A stretch of 64,000 bases of DNA from Eledone cirrhosa (GCA_964016885.1 OZ024744.1:83204001-83268000), one strand, 5' to 3'; numbered from the stretch's first letter, positions 40,516 through 57,025 are shown. The notes: generated by a model not told the origin, from the sequence alone. Numbers and translations: made by a program.

Positions 40516-41005
40516 ATATATATAGAGAGAGAGAGAGAAAGAAAGAGAGAGAGAGAGAAGAGAGAGAAAGGGGGAAGGAGAGAGAGAAAGATTAAGAAAG
40601 AAAAAATGAGAGTTGGACAAATTTAGTGAGAAACACTTACGCATTTGTGTTTAATTTTATCTAATTATGTGTGTATATTGAAACATATATTTAAGAAAAT
40701 TTTAATACTTCCGAGCGATTTTAAGATTGAGTGCTTAAAAAACCCCAATTCATGTGGGAATATTTACGTGTAGCGTAGGCTTAATTGTCAAATATATAAT
40801 TATCGTTAACTGATAGTTATAGAAGCAAAGATTGTTGAATAGCTACATATATATTCGTTGGCTATATTTATGAAAGTATATATTTTTCTCATGTAGATAG
40901 GTAGATAGATAAATACTTAAATAGACATTTACTTATGTCGGTTCATAGTAGTTCCGATATAAGATACTCACACGCGTACATTATCTGTCTATCTATCTGT
41001 CTATC

Positions 41006-41440
41006 TATCGGTAGAGTGTCGGACGCCATGCTTTGACGCATAGAGTTGCGGCCCTTGCCATGCTGAGTTCAAATCCCGCCGAGGTTAACTTTGCCTTTCA
41101 TCCTTACGGGGTCGATAAAATAAAGTACCAGTAATGTACTGGGTAATTGCTGGCCTTGTGCAAAAAAGTAGAAAGAATTATCTGTCTATCTATCTGAGTT
41201 CAAATCCCGCCGAGGTTGACTTTGCCTTTCATCCTTACGGGGTCGATAAAATAAAGTACCAGTAATGTACTGGGTATTTGCTGGCCTTGTGCCAAAAAGT
41301 AGAAAGAATTATCTGTCTATCTATCTGAGTTCAAATCCCGCCGAGGTTGACTTTGCCTTTCATCCTTACGGGGTCGATAAAATAAAGTACCAGTAATGTA
41401 CTGGGTAATTGCTGGCCTTGTGCCTAAAGTAGAAACAATT
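41006..41440 (+). mobile_element. SINE S1 with three tandem ~132-bp core units
   Basis: CTGAGTTCAAATCCCGCC...GTAGAAA repeated three times, separated by ATTATCTGTCTATCTAT. Confidence 0.9.
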
Positions 41441-41517
41441 ATCTGTCTATCTATCGATCTATCTATCTATCTAGATACATACATACATACATACATACAT
41501 ACATACATACACGCACG

Positions 41518-41565
<48 letters not shown>

Positions 41566-41646
41566 CACACGCACACACACACACGCACACACACACACAT
41601 ATATATAGAGAGATATATATTGAAACAGATAGATAGATAGATTGAT

Positions 41647-41722
<76 letters not shown>

Positions 41723-41922
41723 TGAGAGAAATAGATAGATAGGTATACAGATATGTTTAAGCCATATATAGTGTTTCTATACATATCATAATATAATTAC
41801 TCTTCAATATATATATATATAATATATATATATGTATATATATATGTATATATATTTATATATATATATATATAATATATATATATAATATATATATATA
41901 TTATATAATATATATATATATT

Positions 41923-42041
<119 letters not shown>

Positions 42042-42447
42042 AATGTTTATATGAATAGATTTGTATGATTTTGTTATTGTTTCTGTATTAAATGAATATT
42101 TATATGTACCCTTGATATATAGTAGTAGGAAATATCTGTAATATTTAGTTGAATGTGCCTACGTATAGACACAAGAATTGTTTTTGCATCAATGCCATTT
42201 ATAATGATATATAATTATGAACAAATTATTTTGATATTTAATGAGCAAAATACTTTTCATATATTTCTTTTGATATGTGCATTATTATTATGGTATGTAA
42301 TTGATATATATTATACATCTATATATGCTTCATACCGAGTCAAAAATTAATCAGTATTATATGGATACAATAAATAATTTTTTCATGAGAGCATACATAT
42401 GTATATGTATGTATGTATGTATGTATATATGTATGTATGTATGTATA

Positions 42448-42510
<63 letters not shown>

Positions 42511-42525
42511 ATATGTGTGAGTGTA

Positions 42526-42627
<102 letters not shown>

Positions 42628-42778
42628 TATGTATATATTTATATATATGTATGTATATATATATATATTTAATATAGAAATGGCTTATACAGGACTCATA
42701 ATGTTGTATTGAGAACCTTACTTACTGTGGTTGCTCCCGATTGAACCCGGGAAAAACTTATATATATATATATATATA

Positions 42779-42910
<132 letters not shown>

Positions 42911-43427
42911 TATATAAACTTATATATATATATATGTGTCTGTGTGTGTGTGCATACACATACACACATATATATATATTTGAGCGAGGGCGAGAGTAAG
43001 AATGATGGAGCGAATGAGCGAGTGGGAACGTGCGTGAGGGACATCGTGAGTCACACTTACGTATCCATTTATATACATAAATACTTATTATAAAAGGCTT
43101 ATCTATCTATGTAACTTATTATTTTCATTTATGTTCTAAGTTCAAATCTCACTCTGGTGTTAACTATATATACGTTAACTATATATTTTTATACCAGTAA
43201 TATCTTCGAAGCTGTTATAATATCAATGGAATAGACTACTTGTGCGTATAAAGTGCAAGTAGATGAGGGTGTGTACCATAAACAAAGTTTGAATTAGTGT
43301 TATATCCCATTTCTGTACGTTAGATAGACTTGAGCAAGTGTCTTGCTCAAGGATATAACCCAAGAGACGGAATGAACTCGCGACCCGTCGATCTTGAGCC
43401 GTTTCCCTAATACACACACACACACAT

Positions 43428-43468
<41 letters not shown>

Positions 43469-43556
43469 TTTATTTATATTTATAAATATATATACACTCA
43501 TTTATGTATGTGTATATATAAATATATATATATAAATGTATATACATATAGGTATA

Positions 43557-43617
<61 letters not shown>

Positions 43618-43652
43618 GTGTGTGTGTGTGTCTATGTGCTTTTGTGTATGTA

Positions 43653-43689
<37 letters not shown>

Positions 43690-43744
43690 GCATACGTATG
43701 TATATATATATTTGTATATTAATATATGTATGCGTGTGTATAAA

Positions 43745-43797
<53 letters not shown>

Positions 43798-43801
43798 TTA
43801 T

Positions 43802-43841
<40 letters not shown>

Positions 43842-44369
43842 TTGTGTGAGTGTGTGTGTGTGTGTGTTTGTGTGTGTCTGAATATATTGTTGGCTAACAT
43901 AAGAAACAATATTTGTATCTTTGGCGCTTACAGCTATATTGAAAAGAACCAATAATCATGTTAATGACTAACTCTGGTCAAGAAAGACAAGAGAGAAGTA
44001 AACTCCCACAATATATTGCATCATCAACTAAGGCTTAAACCCTGCTAAACCAAGAGTTGGTCTTATGGATTTAGGAGAATCTTTTACGTCTGAGTGTTCT
44101 TAATAGAGCCACACTTGTCCATTCCTTTCATACGACATACAATGAACAACTGTGTTTCCTTTAAATAGATACAGAAAGCAAACTATAATTAATATTAATG
44201 AAAATTAATTATAAATATAATAAGGTAACAAAGGAGTATATAATTTGGGAGAGTGCAGAGATTTTTGAAGAAGTTTCAGACCCATTAGAACTCATCAGTA
44301 AACCATATTATATCTAGGTCAATATAAAGGATAGGCCGGAATATACCGTGAGGCGTTATACGCATTTTC

Positions 44370-44444
<75 letters not shown>

Positions 44445-44778
44445 GAACACTGGAAGGTAATGCCCGTAGTGGGAGAGCACTCAGTCCATGGGACGAGTTT
44501 GGTAGAAGTGGTAACGCAACAGTTAGTCACTATACTGAGAACAATTGTTTCACCTTATGCGGGTCTTCATAGAGTTTATATTCATAGAGATCTGGGACTT
44601 GTCTTTTTCTACTCACTTTCCGTTGCTAAAACTTTTTTGTTGTTACTCTGGCGTCCCCCTTTATTTACGTGTCCCAACGACTTTTTTTAGCCGTTGTTCG
44701 CACCAACCCGAGGCATATGGCCCTTAAAGCGATGAAATGCCCAGGACGGTTAGAGGGTCACTGATGAAGGACTCACTT

Positions 44779-44823
<45 letters not shown>

Positions 44824-44989
44824 CGTGTGTGTGTGTGTGTGTATATATATACACTGAACAATGGACCTTTGTCGGTTGCCACTGAAATAAGTGTTTCAGT
44901 TGTTGGTGGAACAAGCTTCTCATGAAATTAACATGTGAGTGGCTGGGCATAGCATAGATAATTCTTGGGGAGATTAAACGTAAATGTCT

Positions 44990-45175
44990 ACGAGAAGCCT
45001 GTCCCTTTGTGCTACAGATACAATTCATCTGACGGGCCTCCAAACAGTTTCTATCTACACAATTTCACTCACAATGCATGGATAGACACGAGTCTATGAT
45101 AAATGACACTTGCCTAAGATATCACCCAGTTGGATCGAACATATGACTTAACGATTGCGAAGTGAATTTCTAATC
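44990..45175 (-). mobile_element. Degenerate tRNA-derived SINE
   Basis: Minus strand GTTCGATCC B box, TTAGGCAAGTGTC, TTGTGAGTGAAATTG..TAGATAGAAACTG. Confidence 0.55.
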
Positions 45176-45321
45176 AATAGGTCTTGACGCTTTTATATGT
45201 CTGTATGTCTGTATGTCTGTATGTCTGTATGTATGTCTGTATGTCTGTATGTCTGTATGTATGTATGTATGTATGTATGTATGTATGTATGTATGTATGT
45301 ATGTATGTATGTATGTATGTG

Positions 45322-45580
45322 TCTACCTCCACACACTCCACGGTATATTTGCAGTGAGGGTAGCTTAATTTGTAAGTCAGTGGGTAGACTGACCAGACAT
45401 AGTAAAATACATGTAGACACACCCCAGCTGGTTTTACCAGGAGACAGACAATTCAAGTGTCACATCTGTGAACACACGGCAATACAAAAGCGGGTCTGAA
45501 AAGTCACCTGAGTGCACATGATCGTGTAATGTTCAATGAAGGGATGGCACTCTTCTGACAGGAAGTTGTAATCAACATGT
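45322..45580 (+). pseudogene. Degenerate pair of C2H2-like fingers, probable RTE LINE 3' end
   Basis: YICSEGSLICKSVGRLTRHSKIH...FKCHICEHT (frameshift) GLKSHLSAH; no TGEKP linker; (TATG)n context; related to 31360-31441. Confidence 0.5.
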
Positions 45581-45660
45581 ATGTTTATATATGAGCCAGT
45601 TACTGTATAAGAATCGTGAAATGACACGGGAACAGGCGAACGAAGAAACAAACTTACGTG

Positions 45661-45804
<144 letters not shown>

Positions 45805-45909
45805 AAAGGTTGTTTGCATAATTGCATAATTGCATAATTGCAAACGAAATATTAATACTAATATTCAAAAAACTCAGATTACACACACACACACATATTT
45901 ATTAAATAT

Positions 45910-46057
45910 ATTGGCAGTATCGGTAGAGGGTCGTAACTATGCTTTCCAGCATAGTTACGTCCTTTTACGGTCTGAGTTCAAATCCCGGGTCGATAAAATA
46001 AAGTACCAGTAATGAACTGGGTAATTGCTGGCGTTGTGCCAAAAGTAGAAACAATTA
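45910..46057 (+). mobile_element. SINE family S1, internally deleted
   Basis: S1 head and tail with part of the core missing. Confidence 0.8.
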
Positions 46058-46242
46058 TATATATATATATATATAAATATATATATACATATACACTCGT
46101 CTATGTGTGTATGTGTATGTGCGTTTGTATATGTGTGTATGTCTGTATATGTATATATGTGTGTCTGTGATATTGAAATTGCATCAGACATGGTGAAGGA
46201 TAGTTTTCATAAATGTGTAATATTCCTTCATCTTTACTTTTC

Positions 46243-46306
46243 AACAATAGTGATCGTTAACAATAGCGATCGTTAACAATAGTGATCGTTAACAATAGTG
46301 ATCGTT
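46243..46306. repeat. 16-bp minisatellite x4 (AACAATAGTGATCGTT)
   Basis: Direct reading. Confidence 0.9.
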
Positions 46307-46538
46307 AATATATTTACGGTCACATTTTCCGAAAGAAATCAAAGCTGTGGTGCGTTTTTGCTGCATTTTGCATTGACATCAAGTGCTGAAGGAAATGGTA
46401 TAATCACCCGTATTCTGAAACACACACACACACATACAGACACACACACCAACACACATACACACACATACATACCATTTTTCTCTTTTACCTGATTCAG
46501 CCACCCGGCTGAGGCCATGCTGGGGCATCACCCTTGTA

Positions 46539-46593
<55 letters not shown>

Positions 46594-47582
46594 CTGTATA
46601 TATATATATAGAGAGAGAGAGTTTGCTTATTAATCGGTTACTACTATATTTCTTGCTATACTAATGTGTTGATTTAAAAAAATTTAAATTGCCCTTTTTT
46701 ACTGAAAAATTTCAATAACTTTCAATCAGGTTCAAACGTCACTTTTTGACCGAATGTGTCACCACACGATTCACTCCTCGCTTCAATTTTATAAGGTTTT
46801 GGATTACAGAGTACTCTTCCTTGCCTTCGTCAAGAATCGTTATTAATACCATTGCACTTTTTTTCCATTACTGCTGTAATTTTTAATTACTACATTAAGA
46901 AATATGAGCTCCTAGTCAGTATAATTTCTCCATGCAGAAGTCCTACATTTTCGGATGATATTGTAACACAGAGAAGGTTTATTTTTTTCACCAAAAGCAG
47001 TGGTTTCCAGAGCCCCAGGACACATACTTGCGTTTTCTCAATACATCTCTTATTTTGAATTACTTTCTAGTAATATTTCCACCATTATAATTTAACTTTA
47101 TTAATTTATGAAATCAATTTATTAAAGCTAATTAATTTTTTTGTGTGAATTGTTAATTCATGATCGAGCTTAGGGTTAGGAATATTGACATTTCATTTGA
47201 AATATATACAATGTACACTATTCTTTCTTCAGTTGGTTAAATTTCATTTTTGAAAGCCAGGTACACCCGCCCCTTTTGAGAATCACTGTTGAGTATAAGG
47301 AAATATATGATAGACTGAGAAGTTTTAAAGAGACCAAAACAAAAAGTTTGCTAAATGCATTTCTCACGGTGCGTAACAAAAATGAAACTAACTTTCCACT
47401 CTTTTTTTTAACCATTTTAAATTTAGTAGTTGTCTCGCCCATTGACTTTGAGATGAATTATCATTAAGTTTGTAATTTTAATATTTAATACATACTATTT
47501 GGCTTATTACATTATCTATAGCACCTTGCAGCCTACACAGTTAAATGAATATACATACGTACATACGTACATGTATTATATA

Positions 47583-47748
<166 letters not shown>

Positions 47749-47757
47749 GAGAGAGAG

Positions 47758-48179
<422 letters not shown>

Positions 48180-48451
48180 ACTTGATACCTTGTGATTTCA
48201 CCTACGTTCGCGCAGGACCCTCAAACAAGTATATATATCCTGAGTCAATTTTTTCGTTGCTTTGGTCCCTGCGGCTGGCTTACCGGTCACAATCTTCAAT
48301 TTGCATAGCTGTCTAAACGTAATGTTATTTCTCTAAATTAAAATACCTTATTGAATGCTTAGCTGCACATTCCGATTGCATTCGATAGCATAGCTGCAGC
48401 CAGAGCTTCGATTATGATGAACTTCCATTTGTGTATATATATATATATAGT

Positions 48452-48600
48452 ATAAGGAAGCTTTCATACACCTGAGATGTATGTGCTATCATTGGTTTCG
48501 GGCTTCAGTCATGGCCACCACATCTATATTGGTGGCCATAACTGGATCCCGAAACCAATGGTAGCACATATATTTTAAGTGTATGAAACGTGGTTTATAC
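48452..48600 (+). mobile_element. Fold-back element, family H
   Basis: Arms ~48461-48520 and 48529-48588; contains the HHR 3' half CGAAAC-CAATG-GTA. Confidence 0.7.
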
Positions 48601-48795
48601 AATATCAGCTGGAAAAGGAATATTTTTTACGTATCTTCGGGAAAGAATATAGTTAAGAGAAAGCGGAGGTTTTGGAAAAAATGCTTGCAGGGTGGATACT
48701 GTGAGCAGGTACAAAGACAGATTTACACACACACACGCACACACACACACACATATATATATGCGTGTGTATTTTTATGTAATAGAGCGTGCATG

Positions 48796-48868
<73 letters not shown>

Positions 48869-49278
48869 TGTCAGGTCGCACTCGAGTGCTACTGGTAACA
48901 TGTAACCCAGTACGACCTGTCTCATGGTCTGGTCGTCGGTGACTAAACCGGCAACCCTACCAAGCTTGCTTGATGAGGAGGGTGATATTTGGACACACTG
49001 TGGGATGAAATACAAGACCCGGCAAAGGGCGAAGGAACTCAGCAGAGTCAACGGCCATCCAAATAGTATCTTTATATTTTTTTTTTTGAGGGCTGTCGTA
49101 TTTTCCGTGGCAAACATTTGCACCGAAGATATGTGTCGTCAGTGTCAAAAAGTGTGGTTAGTCATACACAAACCTTCACCACGTAAAACAAAACTTTGTG
49201 TGGATAGTTCAACATCAGATCACTTACTCACATTTAACTTTTGTTGGACTCTCATACGTAGGATATCAACGGGAGAGT

Positions 49279-49374
<96 letters not shown>

Positions 49375-49415
49375 CAATAATAAGGTGCCGGAACGAAATA
49401 TCAATATAGCAAAAC

Positions 49416-49645
49416 TATGTTTGTTTACATGTGACGCGCGTTTCGCGATCGATCAGCTCCCGGCACAATCTGTATTGATCGCAGCCGACTCCAATATTAG
49501 AGAATCTGCAATCCTGATGGAGTTATCGATCCCAGATTCGACCGCTATCAATACCGATCGTATCTTGAGCCGATCGATCGCGAAACGTGCGTCACATGTG
49601 AATAAACATAATGATGCAGTATTTATACTTCGTCTTTGTTTCTTA
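49416..49645 (+). mobile_element. Family R fold-back copy
   Basis: Arms 49416-49491 and 49537-49610; CTGATGG at 49514, GAAAC-GTGC-GTC at 49582-49593. Confidence 0.7.
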
Positions 49646-49777
49646 TTATTATTGTTATTACTATTATTACTCGATTTAGGTGTAATCCCCCCCCCCCAAC
49701 TGTCCTCGTCTATTTTATTGACCCCTATATGTCGGCACTTGTGACAAAGAAATGAAAACATTATTATTATTATTATT

Positions 49778-50002
49778 AAGGGCGGTAGGGCGGTGGATTG
49801 GCAGTATCGGTAGAGGGTCGGACGCCATGCTTTGCAGCATACAGTTACGGCTCTTTATGATCTGAGCTCAAATCGCGCCGAGGTTAACTTTACCTTTCAT
49901 CCTTACGGGGTCGATAAAATAAAGTACCAGTCACGCACTGGGGTCGATTTAATCGACTTTCCCCTCCCCCCAAATTACTGGCCTTGTGCCTATATAAGAA
50001 AC

Positions 50003-50041
<39 letters not shown>

Positions 50042-50266
50042 GGGCGGTAGGGCGGTGGATTGGCAGTATCGGTAGAGAGCCGGGCGCCATGCTCTGCAGC
50101 ATACAGTTACGGTCCTTTCTGATCTGAGTTCAAAACCCGCCGAGGTTAACTTTGCCTTTCCTCCTTACGGGGTCGATAAAATAAAGTACCAGTAATGCAC
50201 TGGGGTCAATTTAATCGACTTTCCGCTCCCCCAAAATTGCTGGCCTTGTGTCTATATAAGAAACCA
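49778..50266 (+). mobile_element. Two tandem full-length S1 SINEs in (TTA)n
   Basis: 49778-50003 and 50040-50266; (TTA)n before, between and after. Confidence 0.9.
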
Positions 50267-50404
50267 TTATTAACACTCTGTTTCTTAAGGGTACCAACTG
50301 CAGTGCAATACAGAACGTAGTCTACCGCATCGGCAACTGGGCCCATATTAGCATTGAGTGCTCAAACATTTAAACAAATAGTAACTAAATGTTATACATT
50401 AATA

Positions 50405-50451
<47 letters not shown>

Positions 50452-50494
50452 CATACACACACACATATGTATATATATATAATATATATATATA

Positions 50495-50562
<68 letters not shown>

Positions 50563-50877
50563 TATATATATAAATATATATATATATTCATATATATATA
50601 TTTATTTATATATATATCACATAAGAAACGGAGAATCAGTGGTGCTACGAATAAGATTTATTAGACATATTACAATCGTTTCTCTGGCGACAAGTTCGAG
50701 GCACGATCGATGCAATGAACAAACTTGACTCTGAAATCGCAAGATACTCGGATATGTCTCGATTCTATATATATAAGTGATCGGAGACAACATCTATTTT
50801 ATTTAATATATATATGTGTGTATATATATGTGTGTGTGTGAGTGTGTGTGTTTGCGTTTATGTATGTATATAAATAT

Positions 50878-50936
<59 letters not shown>

Positions 50937-51352
50937 CATCTATATATACATATATATATATACACATCTATGCATATATATACACATCTATGCATATGTG
51001 AATTTATATGGAATAGACATTTTCTCAGACATGTGTTGTTAAAGATACGATTATCTTCATGTTTTAACGTCTTTACTGGTACCTTCTTGTATTTTCATAT
51101 GTGTCTCCATCAGTTCGTCTGCATAAAACTTCATCAACTACATAAGTCAATAAACATAAGCCAGCAACACTATTGGTGTTATAGTTGTGAATGTCTAGAA
51201 ACATCGTTTGACTTCTTCACTTGGGAAGTTTGTTGTTGCAAATGAATTACAGAGACCTTAGCAAAATATACGACAATGTTGTAATAAAAAGTTAAAACTC
51301 GAAAAAAGTCGTGGCTTAAAGAAAATACACTCATGCCAAACGCACATACAGA

Positions 51353-51413
<61 letters not shown>

Positions 51414-51629
51414 TCTGACATACAAACAGACATAGACACATGAACAAACATGGAAACACATACCTACATACACATGCACATATACAAACACACAAATAGA
51501 GATAGAGAAACACATAAACACACATACCAATATCTGCGTGTGTGAGTGAGGAAAAAAATATATGATTGGATAGATGAATAAATGAACAGACAGATATATA
51601 GGATGACAGACAGGTAGATAGATAGAAAG

Positions 51630-51657
<28 letters not shown>

Positions 51658-51663
<6 letters not shown>

Positions 51664-51860
51664 ACGAGTAGGACCCCGACGGCTGAGCTCAAGCCGTTTC
51701 GACGGCTAATTCTGGACTGAGCCCAGAATTAGCCGTCGAAACGGCTTCAGCTCAGCCGTCGGGGTCCTACTCGCTCCTATTACCCACTCTACTACCCTAA
51801 GTATTGAGTACTTTGGTGCGTTATGGTCCACCTGGTTCCTTACCACATTTCCTTCGTTAT
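51658..51860 (+). mobile_element. Fold-back family P
   Basis: Arms 51658-51715 and 51723-51780; HHR 3' half GAAAC-GGCT-tcagctc-AGCC-GTC-GGGGTCC; 80-nt tail. Confidence 0.88.
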
Positions 51861-52117
51861 ATATATATGTAGATAAATCTACCAAAATATAAGGTAGTGT
51901 CCAATCCGTATGAAGAACTCAATGTAATCCATTATTTCTGAAGACAGCATATATATGTGTAGGTATGTATATTCGCTCTGATAGTTTGTAAAATTTTTAC
52001 ATAGATCTATATGATATACATACCAACACACACATATATATCCTAGAAACGATCGTAAAATAATGAATTTTTTAATATAAGGAACTGTTTTTTTGTTTTT
52101 ATTCATTGTTTTTATTA

Positions 52118-52208
<91 letters not shown>

Positions 52209-52822
52209 AGAGAGAGACATAGATAGGTAGATAGATTCATAGATAGATAGATAGATAGATATGTAGATAGATAGATAGACAGATAAAGAATATGGAGATC
52301 AGAGTAGTAGATGAGAAGGCGTGGCGTTTTCATGGATAGTTTTCACGATTATTTCGGCACCAGCAGTCATTATAGTTTAATTAAAATACCAGTAATGCCT
52401 TGTACCAAATGTAGAAACAATTATTACAGTAAGTAACTTAACTTGAAAGTAACTTAACAGTGAAACATGAGACACAATCATGTACAGAGACACACAAGCC
52501 ACCGTCAATACAAACATATGGTAAAATGTGTGTGTGTGTGAATAATAAAACGACAGGCTGCTCATAGTTTTGTTTTAGAATTTATATTCGATATACTATA
52601 AACAATAGCTAAAAATACACAATTACACACGCATATATAATATATATTTGATGTCACAAAAAATATATATACACACTTCAACAGCATTCGAATCAAAATG
52701 TGTATACATTTTGGGGGACGCTTTGAATATAAATATATATATAAGTGTGTGTGTGTGGAAGTGTATATACATATGTATATGTGTGTGTACGTGTGCATGT
52801 GTGTATAAGCGTATATATATAT

Positions 52823-52998
52823 ATATGAAGGGAGTCAGGACCCCGACTGTTAAGCTCCGGCCGTTTCGCTAGTTAGATTCGAACTCGAAACGGCCGGAGC
52901 TCAGCTGTCGAGGTCCTGACTCTTTTCATATTACCCACTCTACTATTGAGCATTGTGGTTCGTTATGGTCCACCTGGAATCTTACCACATCCTTCTTA
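52823..52998 (+). mobile_element. Fold-back family P, diverged subfamily
   Basis: Hairpin 52823-52931 plus homologous tail TACCCACTCTACTA...TTACCACATCCTTC. Confidence 0.8.
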
Positions 52999-53025
52999 CA
53001 TATATATATATATATACCACAGCCT

Positions 53026-53112
<87 letters not shown>

Positions 53113-53171
53113 AGGATGTGGTATATATATATATATAAAATATATACCACATCCTCCTTATATATATATAG

Positions 53172-53291
53172 TGAAGGCGTGTGGCTGAGTGGTTAGAGTA
53201 TTGGATTCACAATCGTGAGGTTGTGAGTTCGATTCCTGAACCAGGCGATGCGTTATGTCCTTGAGCAAGACACTTTATTTCACGTTGCTCC
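53172..53291 (+). mobile_element. tRNA-derived SINE family S2 (CORE-like)
   Basis: A box TGGCTGAGTGG, B box GAGTTCGATTCC, then TGTCCTTGAGCAAGACACTT. Confidence 0.8.
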
Positions 53292-53504
53292 TTCTACCTG
53301 GAGTTGCGACCGATAGATAGTATTAGCAATTGGAAAGACCAACGGAAACATAGTTTCCTCGGTCCGATTTGACTAAAAAAAAAAAAAAAGTCGATCGACC
53401 AGAATATATATATATGTATGTATGTATATATATATGTAGATTGTAAAACAAGTGATACAAATAAAAGATGCATAGGGTTGGACGTAAGGTTACATCATTT
53501 AAAT

Positions 53505-53684
53505 AATTGTTTCTACTTTTGGCACAAGGCCAGCAATTATCCCAGTGCATTACTGGTACTTTATTTTATCGACCCCCGTAAGGCTGAAATGCAAAGTTAA
53601 CCTCGGCGGGATTTGAACTCAGAACGTAAAGGTCAATAACTCTATGCTGCAAGCATGGCGTCCGACCCTCTACCGATAGTGCCA
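53505..53684 (-). mobile_element. SINE family S1
   Basis: S1 sequence, reverse strand; another partial copy at 53897-54003. Confidence 0.85.
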
Positions 53685-54089
53685 ATAATGAACGTACGTG
53701 AATTTCATTGTCGGCGCGGAGACTAAAGATATGTGTTCGAAGTAGATTCTGCTATATATTTACGCCCGTAAAGCAAAGCTGAACACCAAATATGCTGTAA
53801 AATATGTTGACCGTATGGAGCATGTTGGTTGAATTGTTTGCACCAAGTACATCTCAATTTCCAACTACAATTAGTAAATATATAAATTTATATATATAAT
53901 TGTTTCTAATTTTGGTACAAGGCAAGCAATTAACCAGTACATTACTGGTACTTTATTTTATCGCCCCGCAAGGATTAAAGGCAAAGTTAACCTCGACGGG
54001 ATATAAATTTATATATATAATGATATATATATATATATGATTACATAAATATGTGTATATGTATGTACGTCTGATTCATTATGAATATA

Positions 54090-54165
<76 letters not shown>

Positions 54166-54455
54166 TATATATATATATTTATTTATTTATATTTATATAC
54201 ATAATGAATCAGACGCACATACATATATGTATATATTAATATATATACACACATATGTATATAAATATGAACGAATATATACATGTGCGTGTGTGCGTGT
54301 ATATCTGTGTCTATATGTATATATATATACATTATATACATATCTATATATGAACGAGCTTATAAATTACTATGACAGATTTGTTGTTAATATACATATT
54401 CATATACATAATACATACAAACCTATATACATAATACATACATAAATACGTATAT

Positions 54456-54526
<71 letters not shown>

Positions 54527-54560
54527 ATACAAATATAATTCCAGCGAGATCGTATTTCGG

Positions 54561-54617
<57 letters not shown>

Positions 54618-54621
<4 letters not shown>

Positions 54622-54735
54622 CGTTATTCCGGGTTGAAACGGAGGTAACCACAGTAAGTAAGGTACTCAATACATAGCAGAGTATAACAGTTTTAATATA
54701 GATTAGATTCTACAGGACTAGAACTGTTTCATTCA
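54618..54735 (-). mobile_element. Family K element (HHR 3' half plus tail)
   Basis: Minus strand GAATGAAAC-AGTTCTAGTCCT-GTA-GAA...TGTATTGAGTACCTTACTTACTGTGG; related to 63347, 36459-36524 and 42671. Confidence 0.7.
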
Positions 54736-54853
54736 TATATATATATATATGGTGGTGTTAATTAGTAAACTCATACCCATATTTATATACATATATAAAT
54801 ATATCTATGCATGTTTGTATATACGAATATATATATGCATATAAGTATAAGTA

Positions 54854-54910
<57 letters not shown>

Positions 54911-54952
54911 GTATATATGTATATATGAATATATATATATATATGCATATAA

Positions 54953-54992
<40 letters not shown>

Positions 54993-55077
54993 AGATATAG
55001 TATATACAGACTCACATATACGAGCACACACAGACATATATATATGCATGTATATATATAATTATATATACAAATCA

Positions 55078-55198
55078 AAAGATTCAAGTCTCCGACGGCT
55101 CCGCTCCGGAGCGGAGCCGTCGGGGACTTGAACTTTATCACCCTATGTGATACACATTTGCAAAAACCCATAAACTCAACCATACATCCTTCCATTCA
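55078..55198 (+). mobile_element. Fold-back element related to family P
   Basis: Near-perfect palindrome 55083-55132 containing AGCCGTC-GGGGAC, plus ~60-nt tail. Confidence 0.7.
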
Positions 55199-55346
55199 TA
55201 TATATATACATGTACTTATTTTTTTTAAACAAAACAATTTTTCAAGAACCCCTTAAAATTTGGTTTTCATTTTGTCTTGATTACGACCGTTGTCTTGCCC
55301 ACTCTATTAATATACATACATACATATATATGTATATATATATATG

Positions 55347-55378
<32 letters not shown>

Positions 55379-55386
55379 TATGTATG

Positions 55387-55419
<33 letters not shown>

Positions 55420-55439
55420 GTATATATATATATAAATAA

Positions 55440-55557
<118 letters not shown>

Positions 55558-55675
55558 ATACATATATACATATATATATATATATATCTGCGTGTGTGTG
55601 TGCATGCGTGTGTGTATGTATATATATACATATATATATATGTGTGTATATATATATACATATTATATATATATA

Positions 55676-55881
55676 TAACAAAGGAAATGTGGTAAGGAAC
55701 CACATGGACCATAACGCACCAAAGTACTCAATACTTAGGGTAGTAGATTGGGTAATAGGAACAAGTAGGACCCCGACGGCTGAGCTCAACCCGTTTCGGC
55801 GGCTAATTCTGGAATATATTTAGTCCAGAATTAGCCGTCGAAACGGCTTAAGCTCAGCCGTCGGGGTCCTACTTGTTCCTA
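55676..55881 (-). mobile_element. Fold-back family P
   Basis: Reverse-oriented copy of 51658-51860 with a different hairpin tip. Confidence 0.88.
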
Positions 55882-56333
55882 TATATATATATATATATAA
55901 ATATATATAATATATATATATATATATAAATATATATATATATAATGAAAAATTTGAACAGGGACAGAACAGAGAGGCAGTACAATAAATGTTTATTAAA
56001 TTCACGCTCAGGAGAGTGGGAGGGGGGGTAGGGATAGATACATAGATAGATATATAAATATAGACGTGCGTGTGTGTGGTTTTACGAAATATCTACGCAC
56101 GCAATGTATAGAATATGTATAGAATATGAGGTTCTATATATAAATTAAAATTCAGTAGTAATGAATATGCATTCATATGTAAGCAAATGTGTATTGCATA
56201 TAAGTATTAATCACGTCATTGCGTATTTAAATTCAACTAAATAAACTATATAAGGAATAGAAATATATATACACACGCGCGTATATAAACTTTCCTTTGC
56301 ATACACTCACACACATACTCATAAATATGTGTA

Positions 56334-56385
<52 letters not shown>

Positions 56386-56407
56386 CATATATGTGTGTGT
56401 GCATATA

Positions 56408-56532
<125 letters not shown>

Positions 56533-56567
56533 ATATGTGTGTGTGTGCATATATATATGTATATATG

Positions 56568-56664
<97 letters not shown>

Positions 56665-56688
56665 TAAAATATCGAAATTTGTTATTAA

Positions 56689-56767
<79 letters not shown>

Positions 56768-56839
56768 GTATACTTTGATACATATGAAGAGTATACATTT
56801 ACTAAAACCTGATGAACGCTTATATTTATATATATATAT

Positions 56840-57025
56840 ATAGGAAAATATTCAACCCCGACGGCATAGCTCAAACCGTTTCGATGGCTATATCTGAAAT
56901 AGCCGTCGAACGGCTTCAGCTCTGCCGTCGGGGTTAAATATTTTCCTATTATCCACTCTACTACCCTAAGTATTGAGTACTCTTGTGCGTTATAGTCTAT
57001 CTGGTTCCTTACCCCACTTCCTTCG

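Noticed and set aside
45322-45520. Host C2H2 zinc-finger gene
   Set aside because: Frameshifted, no TGEKP linkers or splice context, and a related copy lies inside the repeat at 31098-31503.
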